DNA of 64,000 nt, from the NCBI GenBank assembly GCA_051252135.1, contig JBPOGH010000006.1:64001-128000 (forward strand). The letters are read 5' to 3'. Under the pieces are notes generated by a model. The model searched no databases. It was not told the DNA's origin and worked only from the letters and a program-made list of their open reading frames with translations. Within the stretch, counting starts at the first letter, position 1; every line of letters starts with the position of its first letter. A program made the position numbers and the translations under genes. Shown here in pieces: positions 9,285-18,409 of the stretch. Source of the stretch: Verrucomicrobiaceae bacterium (GTDB taxonomy: Bacteria; Verrucomicrobiota; Verrucomicrobiia; Verrucomicrobiales; Akkermansiaceae).

Positions 9285-10745
9285 ATGGCTAAGACAGAAC
9301 CAGGACCACACAATTTCGTGTTCGGCGATTACGCTCCGGCTCCGGAGTCGGCTGATCATTTTAAGATCAAGAAGAGCTACGATCTTTTCATCGGCGGCAA
9401 GTGGGTGAAAGCGCCCAAGCAATTTGAAACGACGAATCCGGCGACGGGCGAGGTGATTGCCAAGGTCGGGGAAGCGGGGAAAAAGGAAGTGGGGCAGGCG
9501 GTGCGCGCGGCGCGTAAAGCTTTCGAAGGTGAGTGGGGGCAGTTGTCGGGTGCGGAGAGAGGCAAATATCTTTTTCGCATTGCGCGGTTGATTCAGGAAC
9601 GGTCGCGTGAGCTGGCGGTGGTGGAATCGATGGACGGCGGGAAGCCGATTCGGGAGAGTCGTGATGTTGATATCCCGCTGGTGGCGGCTCACTTTTTCTA
9701 TCATGCGGGTTGGGCGGACAAGCTCGACTACGCCTTTCCGGGTGCGAAGCCGAAGCCACTGGGAGTGGTGGGGCAGGTGATTCCCTGGAACTTTCCGCTG
9801 CTGATGGCGGCGTGGAAGATTGCACCGGCGCTTGCTTGTGGGAACACGGTGGTGCTGAAGCCGGCGGAGACGACTCCGTTGACGGCGCTGAAGCTGGCCG
9901 AGATTTTTGAAGATGCGGGGCTTCCGGCAGGGACGGTGAACATCGTGACAGGCGCGGGTGAAACCGGGCAGGCCGTGATTGAGCATCCGGACGTCGACAA
10001 AGTGGCCTTCACGGGGTCGACGGCGGTGGGCAAGGCGATTCGTCGTGCGATTGCGGGGACGGATAAGAAGTACACGCTCGAGCTGGGCGGGAAGGCCGCG
10101 AACATCGTTTTCGAGGACGCGCCGATCAATGAAGCGGTTGAAGGGATCGTGAACGGGATCTTTTTCAATCAAGGGCACGTTTGCTGTGCGGGGTCCCGTC
10201 TGTTTGTGCAGGAGAGTATCGCGGACAAGGTGATCAAGAAGCTGAAGAAGCGGATGGAGACGCTCATCGTGGGTGATCCACTTGATAAGAATACCGACAT
10301 CGGAGCGATCAATTCGGTGGAGCAACTTGAGAGAATCAAAGCGCTCGTGAATGCGGGTGAAAAAGAAGGGGCGTGCATTTGGCAGCCGGAGGGTCGATTG
10401 CCCCGGAAGGGGAATTGGTTTAAGCCGACGCTCTTTACGGAGTGCGCGCAGAGTCATCGGATCGTGCAGGAGGAAATCTTTGGGCCGGTGTTGGCGATTC
10501 AGACTTTCAGGACTCCGCAGGAGGCACTCGAGAAAGCGAACAACACGCCTTACGGATTGAGCGGTGGGGTGTGGACCGACAAGGGTTCCAAGATTTTCAA
10601 AATGACCACGGGGCTGAATGCCGGTGTGGTGTGGGCCAATACGTTTAACAAGTTCGATCCGACGTCGCCCTTTGGCGGTTACAAGGAGAGTGGGATCGGC
10701 CGCGAAGGCGGAGTCCACGGACTGGCAGCTTATCTTAAATTCTAA
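9285..10745 (+). CDS. Aldehyde dehydrogenase (probably acetaldehyde-oxidising, coupled to DeoC)
   Basis: PWNFP, FTGSTAVG, LELGGK, NQGHVCCAGSR (catalytic Cys), EEIFGPV, PFGGYKESG; 4 bp after deoC. Confidence 0.95.
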   Translation: MAKTEPGPHNFVFGDYAPAPESADHFKIKKSYDLFIGGKWVKAPKQFETTNPATGEVIAKVGEAGKKEVGQAVRAARKAFEGEWGQLSGAERGKYLFRIARLIQERSRELAVVESMDGGKPIRESRDVDIPLVAAHFFYHAGWADKLDYAFPGAKPKPLGVVGQVIPWNFPLLMAAWKIAPALACGNTVVLKPAETTPLTALKLAEIFEDAGLPAGTVNIVTGAGETGQAVIEHPDVDKVAFTGSTAVGKAIRRAIAGTDKKYTLELGGKAANIVFEDAPINEAVEGIVNGIFFNQGHVCCAGSRLFVQESIADKVIKKLKKRMETLIVGDPLDKNTDIGAINSVEQLERIKALVNAGEKEGACIWQPEGRLPRKGNWFKPTLFTECAQSHRIVQEEIFGPVLAIQTFRTPQEALEKANNTPYGLSGGVWTDKGSKIFKMTTGLNAGVVWANTFNKFDPTSPFGGYKESGIGREGGVHGLAAYLKF

Positions 10746-10756
10746 ATTCTTCCGAC

Positions 10757-11593
10757 ATGACGATCAAAAAAACCTACAAGCTTTTCATTGGCGGCAAGTT
10801 TCCACGGACGGAGTCGGGACGTGTTCTCGACGTGCGCGGGAAGGATGGCGAATTGTTGGCGAATGCCTCTTGGGCGAGCCGGAAGGATTTTCGGGAAGCG
10901 GTGGTGGCGGCTCGCAAGGCGAGTGGCGGCTGGGCGGCGGCCTCGGCTTATCTGAAGGGGCAGATTCTTTACCGGATTGCGGAGATGCTGGAAGGGCGTC
11001 GGGCGCAGTTTGTGGCGGAGCTGGTGTCGCAGGGGCTGAGTGAGGAGAAAGGGGAGAAGGATGTTTCGACGGCGATTGATCTGCTGGTTCATTATGCGGG
11101 GTGGAGTGACAAGTATCAGGCCTTGTTTTCGACGGTGAATCCGGTGGCGTCATCGCATTTCAACTTTTCCGCTCCGGCACCGACCGGGGTGGTGGGGATT
11201 GTGGCGCCGCGACGCGGGAGTTTGCCCGAGCTGGTATCGGCTCTGGCGCCGGTGATTGTGGGAGGAAATACCGCGGTTATTTTAGCGGGGGAGAATGCGC
11301 TGACGGCGATTTCGTTTGCGGAAGTGCTGGCGACATCCGATGTGCCGGCGGGGGTGGTCAATATTTTGACCGGTCATCGGAGTGAGTTGATTCCGGAATT
11401 TGCGAAGCACATGGATGTGAATGCGGTGCTGCTTTGTTCGAACGACAAGGACGAGAAGAAGTTGGTCGATTTGGAGTCGGCGGAGAATCTCAAGCGGGTG
11501 AGTCATCAGAAGGATGCGCCGTTGAAGGAGAGTCCGTATCACATTTTGGATTTCCAGGAGATTAAGACGACGTGGCATCCGATTGGGGTTTAA
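10757..11593 (+). CDS. Short aldehyde-dehydrogenase-like protein (nucleotide-binding domain only, no catalytic domain)
   Basis: Similar to the N-terminal half of the preceding ALDH (KTYKLFIGG, YAGWSDK, PAGVVNILTG) but lacks LELGGK and the catalytic Cys region; 278 aa. Confidence 0.85.
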   Translation: MTIKKTYKLFIGGKFPRTESGRVLDVRGKDGELLANASWASRKDFREAVVAARKASGGWAAASAYLKGQILYRIAEMLEGRRAQFVAELVSQGLSEEKGEKDVSTAIDLLVHYAGWSDKYQALFSTVNPVASSHFNFSAPAPTGVVGIVAPRRGSLPELVSALAPVIVGGNTAVILAGENALTAISFAEVLATSDVPAGVVNILTGHRSELIPEFAKHMDVNAVLLCSNDKDEKKLVDLESAENLKRVSHQKDAPLKESPYHILDFQEIKTTWHPIGV

Positions 11594-11740
11594 GGGGTTT
11601 TGCCGGTGTTCGTGAGATGGAGCAATTAGCTGTTGGCGATTGGCTTTTAGCTTTTGTCGAGCCTTCGGCTCTGAGTGGGCTTTTTTTAAGGGGTATTTTT
11701 TGCTTTTCCGGATTCGGTTGTCAGACAGCATGGGCGGGTC

Positions 11741-12757
11741 ATGAAGATTAGCTTGTTCCTTGGATTTGGTGCGTTGGTTTCGCCGTTGCTTGCGCACGAG
11801 GGGCACGATCATGGGACAGGGGTGGGATATGTGGTGACGACGGCGACCGAGACGGGGTCTGAGGGATACCGGTATGTGACGGTTCCGGGATGGGGGGCGA
11901 TGCCGGAGGGGAAGAATATCGGGAATCTTCATGGAGACCTCACGCTCGACAAAGAGGGAAATGTGTATGCGTCGACGACCGGCGGTCCGGGGATTGTGAA
12001 GTTTGACAGGTTCGGGAAGTTTGTGCGGACGCTGCGGAACGGGCTGAATGGGATGCACTCATTGACGACGGTGGAGGAAGACGGGAAAGAATTTATTTGG
12101 GGATCGCAGGTGGGGAAGAACCGGGCGGTGAAATTTGATTTGAAGGGGAACGTGGTGGCGACGCTTCCGAACGAGAAGACGGGCGAGCTGGAAGGCGGGA
12201 TGAAGGGACTGACGGAGACCTTGGTGGGGCCGGACGGGGATGTTTATTTTTTCATGGGGTATGGTTCGAAGAAGATTCATCGGCTGAAGCCCGACGGGAC
12301 CTTGGTGAAGACGTATGGTGGAGCGGGGAAGGGGAAGGATCAGTTTACGGCGTGTCACGGGGCGGCGATTGATTTGAGGTATGAGGAGCCCCGGATTCTG
12401 GTCTGTGATCGGGACGGGCGTCGGATGATGCATCTGACGATGGACCTTGAATGGATCGGTCTTTACGGGCCGCAGCCCTTGCGTCGTCCGGCGGACGTGG
12501 ATGTGCAGGGTGATCTGGCGGTGGTGGGTGATATTGAGGGCCGGCTGGTGTTGATGGACAAAGAGGGAAAGATTGTCTCGGCATTACTCGACAATCCGGA
12601 CAAGAAGCAGTGGGCGACGAACGGGGTGAAGGCGGAGGGGTTGCACGATGCGGCGTTTTCGGCTCCGCACGGGGTGAAGTTTGGTCCGCAGGGTCAGCTT
12701 TATTGCACGGAATACAGCAAGGTGGGGCGGTTGATTGCGCTTTATCCGATCCGATAG
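11741..12757 (+). CDS. Secreted NHL-repeat / beta-propeller protein (peptidylglycine monooxygenase lyase-like fold)
   Basis: Signal peptide then HEGHDH; repeated blades with His in H-G motifs (NLHG, GMHS, ACHG, APHG); GGAGKGKDQF and LVCDR are NHL-like. Confidence 0.7.
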   Translation: MKISLFLGFGALVSPLLAHEGHDHGTGVGYVVTTATETGSEGYRYVTVPGWGAMPEGKNIGNLHGDLTLDKEGNVYASTTGGPGIVKFDRFGKFVRTLRNGLNGMHSLTTVEEDGKEFIWGSQVGKNRAVKFDLKGNVVATLPNEKTGELEGGMKGLTETLVGPDGDVYFFMGYGSKKIHRLKPDGTLVKTYGGAGKGKDQFTACHGAAIDLRYEEPRILVCDRDGRRMMHLTMDLEWIGLYGPQPLRRPADVDVQGDLAVVGDIEGRLVLMDKEGKIVSALLDNPDKKQWATNGVKAEGLHDAAFSAPHGVKFGPQGQLYCTEYSKVGRLIALYPIR

Positions 12758-12778
12758 ATTTTCAGACAACAAAGACTT

Positions 12779-13612
12779 ATGATTCAACTTGAAGACAATT
12801 TTGAAGACATCATCGGTAAGACCCTTCGGGGCACGGGATTGGCAGACGGCGTTCTTTCCTTTCTCACGGGAGTGGAGACGGAAGTGATCGAAAAGCTCAA
12901 GGGGGGCGAGTTTGATGAAGCGGCGGTGCGGGCAATTGCGCCATCGCTCGGGCTCGACGGAAACACCCTGGTGGAGCGGGCGAAGGGAGCCTGGCGTCCG
13001 GAGGATGTGGAGCTGAAGGGGCTGCAGCAGTTCAACACGCTTTTTGACGATGATCCCGAGGAACCGATGACGGTGAACTCGTATTTGGTGTGGGACCCCC
13101 AGACCAAGGAAGCGGCTCTTTTTGACACCGGGGCGAATGCGGATGGCGCGTTGGCGGCGGTGAGCGAGTTGGGGCTGGAGCTGAAGTATCTTTTTTTAAC
13201 CCACACCCATATCGATCACATCATTGATCGCGACAAGGTGACGGCGGCCCATCCCGGGGCGCAGGTTTGTGTGAACGGGATGGAAGCGGTGGACGGGGCG
13301 ACGCGGTTTGCGGCGGGAGATTCCTTTTCGATCGGGACGCTTCGGGTGTCGACACGACTGACCTGGGGTCATTCACCGGCGGGCACGACCTACGTGGTGC
13401 ACGGGCTTGATCGTCCGGTAGCGATTGTGGGGGACGCGATTTTTGCGCAGTCGATGGGCGGCGGGATGATTTCGTATCACGATGCCCTTGCCACGAATCG
13501 AGCGGAGATTTTCACTTTGGAAGATCAGACCGTGATCTGTCCGGGGCACGGGCCGATGACTTCGGTGGGCGAAGAGAAAGCGCACAATCCATTTTATCCA
13601 GAATTCAAATAA
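12779..13612 (+). CDS. MBL-fold metallo-hydrolase (glyoxalase II-like) with N-terminal HTH-like extension
   Basis: THTHIDH, GHS, VGD and CPGHG metal ligands; about 65-aa helical N-terminus resembling an XRE-type HTH. Confidence 0.88.
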   Translation: MIQLEDNFEDIIGKTLRGTGLADGVLSFLTGVETEVIEKLKGGEFDEAAVRAIAPSLGLDGNTLVERAKGAWRPEDVELKGLQQFNTLFDDDPEEPMTVNSYLVWDPQTKEAALFDTGANADGALAAVSELGLELKYLFLTHTHIDHIIDRDKVTAAHPGAQVCVNGMEAVDGATRFAAGDSFSIGTLRVSTRLTWGHSPAGTTYVVHGLDRPVAIVGDAIFAQSMGGGMISYHDALATNRAEIFTLEDQTVICPGHGPMTSVGEEKAHNPFYPEFK

Positions 13613-13624
13613 CCACACAGTACT

Positions 13625-14530
13625 ATGAGTAAAGTAGCATTTGTCGGCGTAGGCCGCATGGGAGCCAATATGGCTCGTCACCTTCAGTTGGATTGCGGAC
13701 ACGATGTGACCGCGGTCTATGATGTTAACAAAGAAGCTTCCGCGGAGATTGCGAGCGAGCTGGGAGCCAAGGACTGCGCGACGCTCGCGGAAGTGACCGA
13801 GGCAGCGGAGATCATTTTTACGGTAGTGACGAATGACAACGCGATGCGGGCGATCTTCCTTGGAGAAGGGGAGAACCTGCTTACCGGATCCGCCGGGAAG
13901 ACCTTTGTGAACTGCGCGACTCTTTCGCCGGGGATTCACAAAGAGGTGTATGCGGCCGGTAAGGAAGTCGGCGCGGAGGTGCTTGAGGGTGCGATGGCCT
14001 CTTCCATTTCCCAAGCCCGTGAAGGAAAGCTTTTCCTCATGATTGGCGGGGATGAAGAAGTGTTCGACAAGCACAAGACGATCCTTGAGGAGCTTTCGGT
14101 GAATCTGAGCCTTTGCGGGCCGATTGGGAAAGCAGCGGAAGTGAAGGCGCTGGTGAACATGGTGATGAACATCAACACGGCAGGACTTGCCGAGGGGCTG
14201 GGTCTTGCGGATGCGCTGGGTCTCGATCTGAAGATGGTGTGCGACATTTTCTCCCAGACGGGAGCCAACAGCCGGGTGCTGGAGACGGATGCCGAGGACA
14301 TGATTGATCGCGATCATGATTGTTGGTTCTCCGCCGAGCATGCCGCGAAGGATTCGGGCATTGCGGCTGATATTGCCAAGGAGCTTGGAATCAGTCTTCC
14401 GGTGAATGACGCGACGAAGGCCCAGTATGACAAGATGGTGACATCGGGTCTGGGTGATCTTGATAAGTCCGGCATTGCCGAGCTGACCTTCAAGGGTCGT
14501 GGTCCTTCAGCTGGCGGGTGCTGAGGCTAA
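13625..14530 (+). CDS. NAD(P)-dependent beta-hydroxyacid dehydrogenase family protein; conventional end 14524, extended to 14530 if UGA is read as Sec (C-terminus ...GGC-U-G)
   Basis: GVGRMGANMA Rossmann motif; EVKALVN catalytic Lys region. 3' sequence GGC GGG TGC TGA GGC TAA. The family call is confident; the Sec extension is inference. Confidence 0.88.
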
Positions 14531-14534
14531 GCCC

Positions 14535-14551
14535 GGCATCAGTTTGATTCC
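14535..14551 (+). promoter_or_regulatory. Candidate SECIS-like hairpin in 3' UTR
   Basis: GGCATC-AGTTT-GATTCC, a weak stem with one mismatch, starting 10 nt after the UGA at 14522-14524. The loop fits the N-G-U-N-U pattern of the two stronger SECIS candidates. Confidence 0.35.
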
Positions 14552-14562
14552 TTTCAAAGGGG

Positions 14563-14597
14563 AAACGACGTCCTGCGGGGCGTCGTTTTTTTTATTT
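14563..14597 (+). terminator. Rho-independent terminator
   Basis: AAACGACGTCC-TGCG-GGGCGTCGTTT followed by a T tract, between convergent genes. Confidence 0.85.
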
Positions 14598-14600
14598 ATG

Positions 14601-15377
14601 TCAGCGGGTGAGGATTCCTTTGGGGGAGGGGGAGCGGACGGCGTCGATGAGGCGTTGGCCGGCGGGGGTCCATGAGTGGGAGTCGGCTTCGGCGAGGGAG
14701 TCGGCGCGGGACTTTTGGGTTTGGAAGAGAATGGCGTAGGCTTTTTTGATTTCCTTGCGTTCTTCGGGGGTGAAGCCGGCGCGCTTGAGACCGATGGTGT
14801 TGAGGCCGGAGAGTTGATTGATTTGGTGGGCGATGCAGTAGGGCGGGATGTCGCGGGTGGCTCCGCCATTTCCCTGGATGATGGAGTAGTCGCCGACGCG
14901 GATGAACTGGTGGTAGCCGGCGCCGCCGCCCATGAAGATGTTGTTTCCCATGTGGACGTGTCCGGCGACCATGGCGTTGTTGGCGAGGACGTTTTTGTTG
15001 CCGATGACGACATCGTGGGCGAGGTGGGAGACGCCCATGAGGAAGTTGTCGTTTCCGATGATGGTGTTTCCATCGGGGTGGGTGCTGCGGTGGATGGTGA
15101 CGTATTCGCCAAAGAAGTTGCCGTTTCCGATGGAGACGCCGGAGTGGATGTCGGGATCGAAGGAAAGGTCTTGCGGGTTGCCGCCGATGACGGCTCCGTG
15201 GCCGACTTTATTGGCGGAGCCCATGGTGACGCCCTGGCAGAGGCGGACGTGGGCGTCGATGAGGCAGTTTTCGCCAAGGGTGACGCCGGGGTCGATGATG
15301 GAGAAGGGGCCGACGATAGTGGATGCGGGGACGATTGCGTCGGGGGAGACGAGGGCGGTGGGGTGAATGTTGGACAT
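14601..15377 (-). CDS. lpxA: Acyl-ACP--UDP-N-acetylglucosamine O-acyltransferase
   Basis: IHPTALV, hexapeptide repeats, GGNPQDL, EYVTIHRST, SHLAHD (catalytic His), GHV, HQF, GLNTIGLKRAGF. Confidence 0.93.
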   Translation of the reverse strand: MSNIHPTALVSPDAIVPASTIVGPFSIIDPGVTLGENCLIDAHVRLCQGVTMGSANKVGHGAVIGGNPQDLSFDPDIHSGVSIGNGNFFGEYVTIHRSTHPDGNTIIGNDNFLMGVSHLAHDVVIGNKNVLANNAMVAGHVHMGNNIFMGGGAGYHQFIRVGDYSIIQGNGGATRDIPPYCIAHQINQLSGLNTIGLKRAGFTPEERKEIKKAYAILFQTQKSRADSLAEADSHSWTPAGQRLIDAVRSPSPKGILTR

Positions 15378-15382
15378 GGGGT

Positions 15383-16087
15383 TTAGAATATAAGATCGCT
15401 CTCTTCGCGGTAGGAGTAGTAGGGCCGGGCGCCGTTGACGGGTTTTCCGATGATGAGGTGGTCGACGAGGTTGACGTCGAGAAGTTTGGCAGCGTCGAGG
15501 AGGGCTTTGGTGAAGCGGTCATCGGCGCCGCTGGGGAGGGGTTGGCCGGAGGGGTGGTTGTGGGCGATGACGAAGGCGTCGGCCTGGTCGATGATGACGG
15601 GGCTGAGGATGTCGCGGGTATTGGCGATTGTTTGGTTGGTGGTGCCGCGTGAGATCTCGACCATGCGCTTGAGGTGGAGGCGGGTGTCGAGAGTGAGGAC
15701 GTAGAGGGTTTCGGTTTTGAGATTGCCGATGATGGGGGCGAGGTGGGTGTAGATTTCCTTGGGTGAGCTGAGGGGGATGGTGTGGATGGTTTCGCGGACG
15801 GCGCGAGCTCCGAGCTCGAAGGCGGCGAGGAGTTGGCAGGATTTGGCGAGTCCGAGTCCGTGTTCTTTGCTGAGCTGGGCGATGTCGAGCGAGCCGAGAG
15901 TGGAGAGACTGCCGTATTTGCGGATGAGCTGGCGGCCGATCTCGATGGCGCTGGCTCCTTTGGTGCCGGTGCGGAGGAAGATGGCGAGGAGTTCTTCGCC
16001 GGAGAGGGCCCCGGGGCCGTGGCGGAGCATCTTTTCCCGCGGGCGTTCGTCGCTGGGGAGATCGTTGATGCGGAGGTTATCGCTCAT
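15383..16087 (-). CDS. radC: RadC / JAB-domain protein
   Basis: ERPREK, ELLAIFLRTG, HNHPSG...S..D JAB motif, DHLIIG. Confidence 0.95.
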   Translation of the reverse strand: MSDNLRINDLPSDERPREKMLRHGPGALSGEELLAIFLRTGTKGASAIEIGRQLIRKYGSLSTLGSLDIAQLSKEHGLGLAKSCQLLAAFELGARAVRETIHTIPLSSPKEIYTHLAPIIGNLKTETLYVLTLDTRLHLKRMVEISRGTTNQTIANTRDILSPVIIDQADAFVIAHNHPSGQPLPSGADDRFTKALLDAAKLLDVNLVDHLIIGKPVNGARPYYSYREESDLIF

Positions 16088-16135
16088 GCGGTGATCATCC
16101 TCGATTTTTGGGGGAGGTGTGGCAAGCTATGAGTC

Positions 16136-16498
16136 GTGAGCAAGGAGGGAGAGACGTTGGTTTTTTACGATGGCGACTGTGGCTTTTGTGTCCGGTCGGT
16201 CTCGTGGGTGAGGCATTTGGATGCGGATGAGCGGTTGGGGTATCTTTCGCTCGAGGAGGGGCGGGAGCGAGGGTTTGAGTTTGAGGAGGGGACGATGGCG
16301 GTGGTGCGTGGGGGGGAGACTTTTTTGCGGAGCGAAGCGGTAAGGGTGTTGCTTTGGGAGTGCGGAGGGCTGGGGAGGGTGGGTTCGGTAATCTTGGCGG
16401 TGATTCCGCTTTTCCTCCGGGAATGGGGGTATCGGCTGGTGGCGAGGAATCGCTACCGCTTGATGGGGAAAGTTGAGGGCGTGAAGCCGGACACCTGA
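16136..16498 (+). CDS. DCC-family (DUF393) thiol-disulfide oxidoreductase; possible Sec extension to 16507
   Basis: FYDGDCGFC (DxxCxxC), RSEA, YRLVARNRYR; stop is TGA followed by GGG TGC TAG. Confidence 0.85.
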   Translation: MSKEGETLVFYDGDCGFCVRSVSWVRHLDADERLGYLSLEEGRERGFEFEEGTMAVVRGGETFLRSEAVRVLLWECGGLGRVGSVILAVIPLFLREWGYRLVARNRYRLMGKVEGVKPDT

Positions 16499-16503
16499 GG
16501 GTG

Positions 16504-17460
16504 CTAGTCTTTGGATGCTTTCGGGTCGAGAGCATCACGGAGACCATCGCCGAGGAAGTTGAAGGCGAAGAGGGTGAGGGAAAAGAGGACGGCGGGGATG
16601 AGGAGGACGGTGACCTCGGTTTCGAGGAAGTTGGCGCCTTCCTTGATGAGGGTTCCCCAGGAGGAGTTGGGTGGTTCGATACCGAGTCCGATGAAGGAGA
16701 GGGTGGCTTCGTAGAGGATGAAGCTGGGGATGGTGAGGGTGGCGTAGATGATGACGGGCCCGAGCATGTTGGGGAGGATGTGCCGGAAGAGGATGCGGGT
16801 GTGGCTGAGGCCGAGAGAGCGTGCGGCTTCGACGAACTCCTGTTTGGCGAGGGAGGCGGCGGCGGTGCGGACGATGCGGCCCATGGTGAGCCAGCCGAAT
16901 CCGGCGATGGCGAAGGTGAGGGGGACGAGGTTTGCGTAGCGCAGGACGAAGGCGGTATCCCAGCCCCAGACGTCGATGACAAAGCGGGCCATTTCATCGA
17001 CGTGCCCGGAGATGAGTTCACGGAAGAGGATGACGATGATGAGGAAAGGCATGGCGAGGAGGCCATCGACGATGCGCATCATGACATTACCAATCCAGCC
17101 GCCGACGTATCCGGCGATGCCGCCGTAGATGATGCCGATGGTGACGGTCATGACGGTGGCCATGATGGCGACGAGGAGGGAGATTTGTCCGCCCTCGAGG
17201 ACGCGCATGAGGAGGTCGCGGCCGAGTTGGTCGGTGCCGAAGAAACCGGTTTCACCGGGGGCGGCGAAGCGGTTGGAGAGGTCCTGATCGTTGGCGTTGA
17301 GGCCCATGGCACCGAGGATGGGGCCAAGGATGAAGCAGGAGACGAGGATGGTGATGACCACAATACCGCCGAGCATGGCGAGCTTGTTTTTCTTGAGGCG
17401 GACGAAGGCGTCGGCCCAGAGACTGGTTCCTTTTTCGACTTTGATGGGAAGATTGCTCAT
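16504..17460 (-). CDS. oppC: Oligopeptide ABC transporter permease
   Basis: SLWADAFVRLKKNK, FGTDQLGRD, EFVEAARSLG, RHILPN, NFLGDGLRDALDP; start taken at MSNLP (ATG 17460). Confidence 0.93.
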   Translation of the reverse strand: MSNLPIKVEKGTSLWADAFVRLKKNKLAMLGGIVVITILVSCFILGPILGAMGLNANDQDLSNRFAAPGETGFFGTDQLGRDLLMRVLEGGQISLLVAIMATVMTVTIGIIYGGIAGYVGGWIGNVMMRIVDGLLAMPFLIIVILFRELISGHVDEMARFVIDVWGWDTAFVLRYANLVPLTFAIAGFGWLTMGRIVRTAAASLAKQEFVEAARSLGLSHTRILFRHILPNMLGPVIIYATLTIPSFILYEATLSFIGLGIEPPNSSWGTLIKEGANFLETEVTVLLIPAVLFSLTLFAFNFLGDGLRDALDPKASKD

Positions 17461-17476
17461 GGAGTCAGGAGGGGGA

Positions 17477-18397
17477 TCAGGCTTTGCGAAGCTTGGGGTC
17501 CATAAAGATGAGGGCGAGGTCCGAGAGGAGGTTGGCGATGCCCATGAGGATGCCGTAGAAGAGGACGAGGCCGAGGACGAGATTGTAGTCCTTGGTGGTG
17601 ACGCCGAGGACGAAGAATTGTCCCATGCCGGGGACCATGAAGATGTTTTCGACAACGAAGGATCCGGTGATGATGGCGGCGAAGGCGGGTCCGAGGAAGG
17701 TGACGGCGGGCATGAGGGCGGGCCTTAGGGCGTGGACGGTGATGACTTTAAGCGGGCCGACTCCTTTGGCGCGGGCGGAGCGGATGTAGTCTTGGGAGAG
17801 GACGTCGAGCATGCCACCGCGGGTGAGTCGGGCGAGGTAGGCGGCGACTCCGAAGCAGAGGGTGATGGAGGGCAGGATGATGTCGGAGGGTCGGGACCAG
17901 CCGGCGACGTTGAGGGAGGCGAGGGGTTTGGCGATGTTGATCTGGAAGATGGGCCCGAGGACGAAGGTGACGATGCAGATGCCGGCCATGGCAAAGATCA
18001 TGGCGAGGTAGTCCTGCCACCGGTTGTGGAAGAGGGCGGCGATGATTCCGAGGGGGATGCCGATGCCCATCCCCATGACGAGAGAGAGGAGGCCGAGCTT
18101 GAGGGAGACGGGGAAGGACTCGGAAATGAGGGTGGTGACCTTCCGGCCTTTCATGGCGAGGGAGTCGCCGAAGTCCTGGTTGACGACGACGTTCTTCCAC
18201 CAGTTGGCGTATTGGACGGGGAGGGGTTTATCGAGGCCGTAGTAGGCTTCGAGAGCGGCCTGCTCCTCGGGGGAGGTGGCTTTGGCATCGGCGAAGGGAT
18301 TCCCGGGGATGGCGCGGACAGCGAAGAAGGTGAAGGTGACGAGGAGGAAAACCACCACGACAGTTTGAGTGAGACGGGAGAAGATGGTGCGAAGCAT
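17477..18397 (-). CDS. oppB: Oligopeptide ABC transporter permease
   Basis: PGNPF, YYGLDKPLPVQY, DYIRSARAKG, GSFVVENIF, DYNLVLG. Confidence 0.93.
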   Translation of the reverse strand: MLRTIFSRLTQTVVVVFLLVTFTFFAVRAIPGNPFADAKATSPEEQAALEAYYGLDKPLPVQYANWWKNVVVNQDFGDSLAMKGRKVTTLISESFPVSLKLGLLSLVMGMGIGIPLGIIAALFHNRWQDYLAMIFAMAGICIVTFVLGPIFQINIAKPLASLNVAGWSRPSDIILPSITLCFGVAAYLARLTRGGMLDVLSQDYIRSARAKGVGPLKVITVHALRPALMPAVTFLGPAFAAIITGSFVVENIFMVPGMGQFFVLGVTTKDYNLVLGLVLFYGILMGIANLLSDLALIFMDPKLRKA

Positions 18398-18409
18398 CGG
18401 GAGTGGGTG

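Noticed and set aside
11626..11653. Heptamer tandem repeat TT(A/G)GCnn x4
   Set aside because: Real but short and degenerate, with no associated gene; no function can be supported.
15383..16087. radC as a marker of a prophage or ICE
   Set aside because: Full-length chromosomal form next to lpxA; no integrase or phage genes nearby.
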